From a virus, in the IMG/VR virus record IMGVR_UViG_3300015086_000001, positions 1-32,805 of that record: a DNA stretch of 32,805 nt; one strand, given 5' to 3'. Made by a program: the position numbers and the translations under genes. The notes under the pieces are model-generated. The model was not told where the DNA came from. It saw only the letters and a list, made by a program, of their open reading frames with translations, and searched no databases. Shown here in pieces: positions 6,578-12,610 of this stretch; the stretch's first letter is position 1; every line of letters begins with the position of its first letter.

Positions 6578-7387
6578 ATGGACCCGATCGAAGACCACCT
6601 CGCCGACCTTGCCCGCGACCGATACTCGGACGCGACGATCGACGCCCGAGGCCGGCTCCTGCGCACCGTCCCGGACATCCTGGGCATCGACCGCGCGGGC
6701 ATGGAGGCCTGGTGGAACTCCCGGCAGCTCACCGGCCGCGGCGAGGTCCGCGCCGCGTCCTCCCTGGTCGGCGAGGAGTCCCACCTCAGGACGTTCTACA
6801 AGTGGGCGCTCCGGCACGAGCTCATCAGCCACAACCCGGCCGACTGGCTGCCCAGAGTCCGACAGGCCTCCACTACAGCGACCACCATCCGCGAGTCGGA
6901 GCTCACCGCTGCCATGCGTGACGCCACCCCGATGATGCGACGGATGATCGTCCTGGCCGCCATGGCCGGCCTGCGCTCGGCCGAGGTCGGCCGCGTCACC
7001 TGGGCCGACATAGACCGCGACGCGGGCGTGCTGCACGTCCGCAAAGGCAAGGGCAGCAAGGACCGGTCCGTGCCCCTGTCCGGCGGGCTGCTCGCCGAGC
7101 TCGGCGACCCCGGCGAGGGACGCATCATCTCCTCATCCACCGGCCGGACGATGTCGCCCAAGGCGGTCTCGGCCAGCGTCGGGCGCTACCTACGCAGGGA
7201 GGGCATCGACTCAACCGCGCACAAGCTCCGGGCAAGGTACGCGACACGGTTCCACTCCGCGACGGGTGACCTCGTGGCCACAGCCCACGTCCTCGGGCAT
7301 GCATCGGTGGCCACGACCCAGCGGTACGTGGTGGCCAGCTCGGACACGATGCGCAAAGGCGCAGAGGCCTGCGGGCGGATCGGTTAG
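6578..7387 (+). CDS. Tyrosine recombinase 2
   Basis: ATG 6578 lies 9 nt after AGGAG (6564-6568); the ORF is open from TTG 6560. Catalytic pattern: GLRSAE, KGKGSKDR, HKLRARY, LGHAS, TQRY. Confidence 0.9.
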   Translation: MDPIEDHLADLARDRYSDATIDARGRLLRTVPDILGIDRAGMEAWWNSRQLTGRGEVRAASSLVGEESHLRTFYKWALRHELISHNPADWLPRVRQASTTATTIRESELTAAMRDATPMMRRMIVLAAMAGLRSAEVGRVTWADIDRDAGVLHVRKGKGSKDRSVPLSGGLLAELGDPGEGRIISSSTGRTMSPKAVSASVGRYLRREGIDSTAHKLRARYATRFHSATGDLVATAHVLGHASVATTQRYVVASSDTMRKGAEACGRIG

Positions 7388-7593
7388 CCGGGGTCAGTCA
7401 GCTTCTGCTTGTAGCGCTCGTACTGGTAACGACTCAGCGGCGTCATCGGGGCGTCCTGCCGGATCTGACAGCCGCAGTCATGGCACTGGTACGGGCCAGC
7501 GACCAGGTCGCCGTCCTTGACAAGGGTGTGGGCGGAAACGAGGTGCTGGCAGGCATGACAGCGCCAGGCGTACACACCCCAAGTCGTATTCAC
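7384..7593 (-). CDS. Small zinc-ribbon protein (CxxC..CxxC)
   Basis: GTG at 7593 overlaps the upstream stop (GTGA). The protein is VNTTWGVYAWRCHACQHLV..YQCHDCGCQI.. It is convergent with int2, and the two genes overlap by 4 bp (7384-7387). Confidence 0.6.
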   Translation of the reverse strand: MNTTWGVYAWRCHACQHLVSAHTLVKDGDLVAGPYQCHDCGCQIRQDAPMTPLSRYQYERYKQKLTDPG

Positions 7594-7808
7594 CTGTTCG
7601 CGATTGCGAGCAGCACGTCCGCGTGACACGGCTGATCCAGCCGGCACCAGCAAGCCAGATCCTTGCCCGCGAGTTCGTCGCGGATCTGGCCCTCCGCGCC
7701 AATGCTCTTGATGTAGGCCCGGAACAGGGCGATCGCCATCTCACGGTCGATGAGGAACTCGATTGGGTCCGGGCTGTCTGGCGCGCTCGGCATACGTGCG
7801 CCACTCAC
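7590..7808 (-). CDS. DUF4326-like C-terminal fragment (N-terminal half missing or frameshifted)
   Basis: The C-terminus DREMAIALFRAYI...GKDLACWCRLDQPCHADVLLAIAN matches the CWC..PCH.DVL signature I associate with DUF4326. GTG 7808 or ATG 7793 are possible starts. Confidence 0.55.
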   Translation of the reverse strand: MSGARMPSAPDSPDPIEFLIDREMAIALFRAYIKSIGAEGQIRDELAGKDLACWCRLDQPCHADVLLAIANR

Positions 7809-7836
7809 GGCTGTCGAATGGGTCGGCGTCGCTCAT
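7741..7836 (-). CDS. 31-aa ORF overlapping the DUF4326-like gene in another frame (possible frameshifted N-terminus)
   Basis: ATG 7836 overlaps the upstream stop (ATGA). The peptide MSDADPFDSREW.. contains a PF reminiscent of the GNPF motif of DUF4326 N-termini. Confidence 0.3.
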   Translation of the reverse strand: MSDADPFDSREWRTYAERARQPGPNRVPHRP

Positions 7837-8030
7837 GGCGCTGTCTCCCGGCTGAACGCTGCGGCCACGTCATCAGCGGACGGGATGTGACTGCGGCGGG
7901 CCATGACTGCCAGCCGCTCGTAGCCGCGGCCCATCCGCCTGTGCCAACGAGCGTTGTTGATGGTCCACCCGCTGGCCACGCCGAGAGCCCAGATAGCGAC
8001 CAGGGTCAGGAACTGCACCGCCGTGCTCAT
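7833..8030 (-). CDS. 65-aa protein with N-terminal TM helix (prophage-expressed membrane protein)
   Basis: MSTAVQFLTLVAIWALGVASGWTI.. followed by a basic tail. It lies in the leftward lysogeny-side operon. Confidence 0.6.
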   Translation of the reverse strand: MSTAVQFLTLVAIWALGVASGWTINNARWHRRMGRGYERLAVMARRSHIPSADDVAAAFSRETAP

Positions 8031-8053
8031 GGCTGAGTCGTCACCGCGCGAAG

Positions 8054-8130
8054 GAAGTTCACACTTCCCCTGGATGTGTGAACTTTCAGCTCTGAACCTT
8101 GCATGTCCGTGAAGTCCAGTTCAGTGTTCA
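8054..8130. promoter_or_regulatory. Array of TGAAC/GTTCA half-sites including a perfect 10-bp inverted repeat
   Basis: AAGTTCACAC (8055-8064) and GTGTGAACTT (8076-8085) flank an 11-bp spacer. Further half-sites are CTGAAC 8091-8096, GTGAAG 8109-8114, GTTCAG 8119-8124 and GTTCAT 8126-8131. Confidence 0.5.
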
Positions 8131-8403
8131 TCTCTTCGCCCTCCGTGCCTTGAGCAACGCATCAGCGGCGGCCTGCGCAGACCCGAACGGCCTGCCGCCG
8201 TGGACCATCCGCACCTTCCCGCGGACGATCATGTCCGCGCCCCACCCGTTGTCGTACTCCACGACGTACCCCACGGTCGTGCCTACTCGGGAGACGAGCA
8301 CTGCCCCCCACTTCGTCTTACGGAGGACCTTGCGCGACTCAACCACCCAGGTCCGGCCGAAGCCGGGGTCTGCGAGAACTGGCGCGACACTCTTGGCGGT
8401 CAT
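8128..8403 (-). CDS. 91-aa basic hypothetical protein translationally coupled to recombinase 3
   Basis: ATG 8403 shares its A with the int3 stop (TGATG). The protein is MTAKSVAPVLADPGFGRTWVV...ALLKARRAKR. The longer 8128..9030 ORF is the same frame read through int3 antisense-free space. Confidence 0.6.
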   Translation of the reverse strand: MTAKSVAPVLADPGFGRTWVVESRKVLRKTKWGAVLVSRVGTTVGYVVEYDNGWGADMIVRGKVRMVHGGRPFGSAQAAADALLKARRAKR

Positions 8404-9251
8404 CACGCGGCCAGCAGATCGATCGCGGCGCGGCACTCGGCGTCGTCGACAGCCAGGTAGACCTCGGTCGACGCCAGGAACTCGTGCCTCATCAAGTTCT
8501 GAACCACCCTGATATTCGCGCCCTCGCGCAGGAGCCGCGTCGCGAAGGTATGCCGGCCGCGGTGGATCCCGCCCTCGATCCCGTTGGCTGCCAGCAGTGT
8601 GCAGGTCCGCGCTGACACATGGCGCGCGGACACGTGCCCGGCTTCTGAGGAGCTCGGGAACCACCACCCGTGGCGCGGCATGGTCGACGCCAGCGCCCAG
8701 ACCGCGGCGTGGGTCGGCACGTAGGCGCTGCGTCCGCCCTTGCCGCAGACGAACATCCGGTCTTCCTGGACGTCCTGCCCTCTGATTTTTGCGATCTCGA
8801 AGGCCCTCAAGCCGGAGAACAAAGCCAAGATCAGCCAGGCGTGCTGTCTCGCGCTGGTCGCCGACGCCAGGATCAGGTCGACCTGCTCCGAGGTCAGCGG
8901 GCGAGGGGAGCCCTTGGGCACGTGCGGGCGGTGCATCTTGGTCATCGGGTCGACCGCAACGAGCTCGGCCTCCTCTGCCGCCCAGCCGAAGTAGCTGCGC
9001 AGGTGCCCGTAGAACGTCGCGCGCGACCAAGGCGCGTACCCCGGCCGCCCGAGCCAGGCCGTGATCTCGGCCCGTGTGACGTTGGGGAAGTTGGGGTGGT
9101 GGCGCTCGAAGTCGGCCAGGTGCGCGAGGCGGTAGTGGACGGTGCTGATGGCGCAGCCGTTGGCGCGAAGCCAGTCTGCGAACCCGCTCATGTCTGTCAT
9201 GGGCGCATCGTCTACCAGCACCAGGTGGCGCGCGGGGGATTCGTGTGTCAT
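8403..9251 (-). CDS. Tyrosine recombinase 3 (integrase in the repressor operon)
   Basis: 282 aa. Catalytic pattern: GLRAFE, CGKGGR, HRGRHTF, MRHEF, TEVY. The gene starts 13 nt downstream of the repressor gene. The start could also be the internal MTDMSGF. Confidence 0.9.
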   Translation of the reverse strand: MTHESPARHLVLVDDAPMTDMSGFADWLRANGCAISTVHYRLAHLADFERHHPNFPNVTRAEITAWLGRPGYAPWSRATFYGHLRSYFGWAAEEAELVAVDPMTKMHRPHVPKGSPRPLTSEQVDLILASATSARQHAWLILALFSGLRAFEIAKIRGQDVQEDRMFVCGKGGRSAYVPTHAAVWALASTMPRHGWWFPSSSEAGHVSARHVSARTCTLLAANGIEGGIHRGRHTFATRLLREGANIRVVQNLMRHEFLASTEVYLAVDDAECRAAIDLLAA

Positions 9252-9264
9252 CCGACAGATCCGG

Positions 9265-9585
9265 TTACGCCGCGGTCTGGCGGACGAGACTGAGCCGAGA
9301 ATCGGACCGGACCACCCGCAGGCGTCGGGTTAACTCAACGGTAAACGGGCCGCCCCACATGAGCCAGTCACGGTCGTAACCGGTGCTGGCAGCGATGGCT
9401 GCGATATGCCGGGTCACACCGCGGGTACCTCGGCCCAGTTCCATGCCCTGCCACACGCCGAGTGGCACTCCGGTTGCTATAGCGGCTTCCCTTTGAGACC
9501 AACCCTCTTCATGTCGCAGGGCTATCAGCCGCATGGGTAGGGAGTCGGTGGGAATCCTAGGGCGTGGGTCCGTCTCGGGTGCCAT
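9265..9585 (-). CDS. XRE/cI-type HTH repressor
   Basis: From ATG 9585: MAPETDPRPRIPTDSLPMRLIALRHEEGWSQREAAIATGVPLGVWQGMELG.., a classic HTH_3 pattern. It faces the rightward early genes. Confidence 0.8.
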   Translation of the reverse strand: MAPETDPRPRIPTDSLPMRLIALRHEEGWSQREAAIATGVPLGVWQGMELGRGTRGVTRHIAAIAASTGYDRDWLMWGGPFTVELTRRLRVVRSDSRLSLVRQTAA

Positions 9586-9704
9586 GGCAGGATCGTGGCG
9601 CGTCCAATGGCATCTTGTCAAGCACTTTGACGCTCCGGGCGTGGTTTAGTGCCAGACACGCACGTCATCGCTATTGACGCGCGAATGTGCCAATGGCATG
9701 TTGG
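9586..9704. promoter_or_regulatory. Divergent switch region with repeated operator-like motif CCAATGGCATNTTG
   Basis: Copies lie at 9604-9617 and 9690-9703. The second is embedded in the 11-bp palindrome TGCCAATGGCA (9688-9698). There is also GTCAAgcactTTGAC at 9617-9631. Confidence 0.55.
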
Positions 9705-9988
9705 CCGTTATGCAGAAATCGACGATGCAACTGCTCATAGAGCATCGGTACGGCCCCACGCTCCAGTCCGACATAGAGGCGATGATCGAAGATGGCCTGG
9801 GCTGGCGCGCGATGGCCAAGGTGGTCTCCAAGCACGCCGACTATCCGCTCAGCTACGAAGCGCTGCGCCAGTGGTACGGCCCCCAGGCTGAGCAGGCAGC
9901 CAAAGCCATGAGGGACGCCAAGGCCAAAGCGAACACCACATTGCCCCTGGACGACGACGTCCCCGACAGCGTTGCCACTGCGGTATGA
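9698..9988 (+). CDS. First rightward early protein (Cro-position; possible DNA-binding)
   Basis: The ORF is open from TTG 9674, with ATGs at 9698, 9710 and 9725 and no clear SD (possibly leaderless). It contains ..DGLGWRAMAKVVSKHADYPLSYEALRQWY.. Confidence 0.5.
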   Translation: MLAVMQKSTMQLLIEHRYGPTLQSDIEAMIEDGLGWRAMAKVVSKHADYPLSYEALRQWYGPQAEQAAKAMRDAKAKANTTLPLDDDVPDSVATAV

Positions 9989-10161
9989 GCACCGCGACGG
10001 CGATGACCGTGATCGTGCCGTCATGCGCTGAGTGCGCCTCAGACATGCACCACAAATGCTTCGGCAAGACCTGGGTCGACGATCTCTACCGGCTCATGCC
10101 TTGCCCCTGCGCCAAAGCCGGCCACCAGCGCCAGCTGAGCGCGCCCCAAGAGCCGAACTAA
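9985..10161 (+). CDS. 58-aa Cys-rich protein
   Basis: ATGA overlap with the upstream gene. The protein is MSTATAMTVIVPSCAECASDMHHKCFGKTWVDDLYRLMPCPCAKAGH.. It is below the ORF-track cut-off and is followed by a hairpin. Confidence 0.5.
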   Translation: MSTATAMTVIVPSCAECASDMHHKCFGKTWVDDLYRLMPCPCAKAGHQRQLSAPQEPN

Positions 10162-10165
10162 TTGC

Positions 10166-10200
10166 GGGGCACCAGGTGGCTGGAGTTCATCTGGTGCCCC
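10166..10200 (+). terminator. Hairpin after the first early transcription unit
   Basis: ggggcaccag (10166-10175) pairs with ctggtgcccc (10191-10200), with a 15-nt loop and no clear U-tract. Confidence 0.4.
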
Positions 10201-10534
10201 TGAATGTGACAGGCGAAAGAAAGGTTTTCCGGGGGGCCAGGGAAAAGCCCCGAGCTAAGGCTCTGAGGGCTTAGACAACCCCCGGATTACCTGCTCTCCT
10301 CCGGGGGGGGGTGTGCGGATACGCACGTCTGGCACGGCCCGACGAGTGCACGGCCGCAGGGCGAAGGCCCGCAGCTAAACCGCCACGGGCCTTCTCACCA
10401 ATTACTAGGGCTTTGCGGCCCTGTAATACCCACAGTACCGGGCTGAACCGGGTTTACGTCACCTTAGCGGGGACAGACGTATACCTTATTGCGGGTATTT
10501 TTCGGGGTCGCGAGGCCGGAAAGACATGGGCACC
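10201..10534 (+). other. Structured non-coding region (candidate ncRNA and/or replication origin)
   Basis: There is no convincing ORF and GC is lower than elsewhere. Elements: a G9 run at 10303-10311, mutually exclusive pairings around CCCCCGGA (10279-10286), a 10-bp-stem hairpin at 10401-10427, direct repeats of GCACGGCC, and a T-tract hairpin at 10481-10502. Confidence 0.55.
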
Positions 10535-10753
10535 ATGTCACCCCAAACCTCTTGCCCAACTGGAACGTACAACTCACCTCTGACAAGCCACGACCGCGTT
10601 GCAGACGCTGTCGAGACACTCCGCATATTGTCGGATCAGCGAGTCGCCGGTCAAGAGAAAACCCTTGATCTGCACGGTGTTATCGCCCACATCCACGGCC
10701 TCGGCTACCACCTGGTCCTGGCTCGTGATCTTCCCCGCGGCAGCCGGCCGTGA
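10535..10753 (+). CDS. Possible 72-aa protein coupled to the downstream 423-aa gene
   Basis: Its stop overlaps GTG 10750 (GTGA). GGAAAG lies 11 nt upstream of ATG 10535. GC3 is clearly lower than in neighbouring genes, so coding status is uncertain. Confidence 0.35.
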   Translation: MSPQTSCPTGTYNSPLTSHDRVADAVETLRILSDQRVAGQEKTLDLHGVIAHIHGLGYHLVLARDLPRGSRP

Positions 10754-12021
10754 GCGTCGCGCAGCTGGTCGACCAGGCCCCGCCGGTCGACGTCCTGCCG
10801 GCCAGGACGGGCTTCAAGGGCGCCAAGGTGCCATGGGTGCACGTGCACGACGACGGCATACGCCCGGGGCTGTCCACGAAGGTGCCTGATGGTGCCTACC
10901 GGGGCACTGTGCGCTGGTCGAAGCCTGAGGCCTTCCTGAAGGGGCTGCGTGTAGCCCTGGAGGCCCATCCGGAGCTGCGACGAACGAACCTAGACCGGCG
11001 GACCGGCAAGTACAAGGACGTCCAGGGGCTCGAGCGGTTCATGCGCATCGCCGAGGCCGTGACCCTCGCGGCCGACCATCGCACCGGCCGCGACGTGCGC
11101 GCCCGCAGGAAGGAGATCGCCGAGGCTGCCGGCTGCTCGGTCCAGGACGTTCAGCGGTGGAACCGCATCGCCTCCCGAGTCCTACAGATCCTGGTCCCGA
11201 TCGCCGACGGCCGACAGCTGACCCTCCTCGAACGCCTGGACGTCTGGGCACGCCAGACAAGCCCCCGACTAAAGCAGCACGGCGTCTCCACGGTCTGGGC
11301 GTTCCACGTTCCGCCCTGGCTGCGCCAGATCATGGCCGCTGCAGCGATCCAGGCCCCACGGATGGACGCCCGGGGCCGCTGGCACACCACCTCTGACCTG
11401 CAGCTGAAGGAGTCCGCACCCCATCCACGTAGTGGTCACGCTTTTGAGACAGATCACCTTGCGTACAACTCCCCTTCGCACCCGACAAGCGGCTCGCTTC
11501 GCTCACCAAGCGGCCCGGGCTCCGCCCGGACAGCCCTGATGAAGAAGGGGCGACCCCCGCCGGGCCGGCAGCTCGCGATCAGATTCGTCAAAGCCATGCC
11601 ACTGCTACGTTCAACGTCCCCCAAGCGGCTTGAGAACCGCCTAAAACGGTTCGTCGAGTCCCGACCCGTCTGGACAGCACAGGACCTTCTCGACGCGATT
11701 CAGACCAGCTGCGAACGAAGCGGCCGGAGCGCAACCCCACCCGCCGACCAGATCCACACGCCATGGGCGTTCGTCGGGTCACTCCTGGACAGCATCCACG
11801 AGCACGACGACCACCCACGCCTGCCGTTCGTCGACCCCGCCGAGCTCCGCTGCGGCCGACCTGAGTGCGACTACGGCTGGATCACCCTCGACGACGTCGC
11901 CGGCCGGCCTCTGGTCCGCCGCTGCGACAGGTGCCGCCCCGGCGCATGGCCCGAGCACGAGTCGAGCGCTGATGACCTCCTCGACGGGGCACCGGCCGAC
12001 GACTCAGAGCCGCCGTTCTGA
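10750..12021 (+). CDS. 423-aa DNA-binding protein with central HTH and C-terminal Cys4 zinc ribbon (putative replication initiator)
   Basis: HTH-like RRKEIAEAAGCSVQDVQRWNRIA. The C-terminus is CGRPECDYGWITLDDVAGRPLVRRCDRCRPG. It is the only candidate replication protein in the genome. The function is inferred. Confidence 0.6.
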   Translation: MSVAQLVDQAPPVDVLPARTGFKGAKVPWVHVHDDGIRPGLSTKVPDGAYRGTVRWSKPEAFLKGLRVALEAHPELRRTNLDRRTGKYKDVQGLERFMRIAEAVTLAADHRTGRDVRARRKEIAEAAGCSVQDVQRWNRIASRVLQILVPIADGRQLTLLERLDVWARQTSPRLKQHGVSTVWAFHVPPWLRQIMAAAAIQAPRMDARGRWHTTSDLQLKESAPHPRSGHAFETDHLAYNSPSHPTSGSLRSPSGPGSARTALMKKGRPPPGRQLAIRFVKAMPLLRSTSPKRLENRLKRFVESRPVWTAQDLLDAIQTSCERSGRSATPPADQIHTPWAFVGSLLDSIHEHDDHPRLPFVDPAELRCGRPECDYGWITLDDVAGRPLVRRCDRCRPGAWPEHESSADDLLDGAPADDSEPPF

Positions 12022-12037
12022 TGGCTACCGCCGATGC

Positions 12038-12334
12038 TCACGCGGATGGTCGCTTTCCTTGCGGCACGCAGACAACCGTCACGACCTCTTTGGTGTCGAG
12101 CATGACGACGACCCTGACACCACCTGCCTCGCGGATCTCAACGTTCCATCGCCCACCACCTCGTTTCGTCACCGGCGCGCAGACGACTCGCAGAGCAACG
12201 ATGGGATTGACATGCCGCTGGCTCATCCGCCTCAGAGCGTGTTCAGTGAAAGTCCACTCGGCTGCTTCCGCTGGAAGCCCCTTGGCCACGATCGTGAGAC
12301 CCGATATGTGGATCGTGATCTCATCGTCACTCAT
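12038..12334 (-). CDS. DUF4258-like toxin-domain protein, antisense to the early operon
   Basis: 98 aa from ATG 12334. WTFTEHALRRMSQRHVNPIVALRVV...VRVVVMLDTKEVVTVV fits the F-[ST]-x-HA-x-x-RM-x-x-R pattern of DUF4258. It exactly fills the only + strand coding gap (12022-12397). Confidence 0.6.
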   Translation of the reverse strand: MSDDEITIHISGLTIVAKGLPAEAAEWTFTEHALRRMSQRHVNPIVALRVVCAPVTKRGGGRWNVEIREAGGVRVVVMLDTKEVVTVVCVPQGKRPSA

Positions 12335-12397
12335 CGGACTCGTTCCATCGCGGCATCTAACCGCAGAACGCCAATCACCCCTAGCCCGCGCGCCGTC

Positions 12398-12610
12398 ATG
12401 CTGACTCCCGGTTCCACACGTCTGGCACCAGCTGGCCACCAGGTCGCCGACGTGCACTCGATCGAGGCAGCCAAGCTGCACCGGCTCGACCTCGCCGACG
12501 CGCGCATCGTCCAGTGCTCCTGGTGCGACGCCCGGAGCTTCACCGACCCCTGCGCGTTCTGCGCAGGCCGCTTCCCAGAAGCCGGATTCGAGGATGGAGC
12601 AACGTCATGA
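12398..12610 (+). CDS. 70-aa zinc-ribbon protein
   Basis: ATG 12398. The protein contains ..IVQCSWCDARSFTDPCAFCAGRF.. (CxxC-x8-CxxC). It starts the chain of overlapping early genes. Confidence 0.6.
   Translation: MLTPGSTRLAPAGHQVADVHSIEAAKLHRLDLADARIVQCSWCDARSFTDPCAFCAGRFPEAGFEDGATS

Noticed and set aside
5757-6921. ORFs 5757-6482(-) and 5956-6921(+) overlapping the 213-aa gene and running into int2
   Set aside because: 5956-6921 crosses a strong terminator and the int2 start. Both are Arg/Pro/Ala-rich. Only 5787-6428(+) shows G/C-rich third positions and an SD.
8600-8630. Tandem HVSAR-HVSAR peptide repeat inside recombinase 3
   Set aside because: The two 15-nt units differ at many synonymous positions, so this is not a recent DNA duplication. 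It sits in a variable loop region and shows no evidence of a functional repeat.
4619-9251. Classical recombinase-in-trio (RIT) element
   Set aside because: RIT elements have three adjacent, co-oriented, often overlapping recombinase genes bounded by inverted repeats. Here the genes are separated by other genes and terminators, and one is on the opposite strand.
10311-10583. 90-aa + strand ORF in the non-coding region
   Set aside because: There is no SD and the composition is not protein-like. It runs through several stable hairpins, and its third-position GC is not elevated. I treated it as non-coding.
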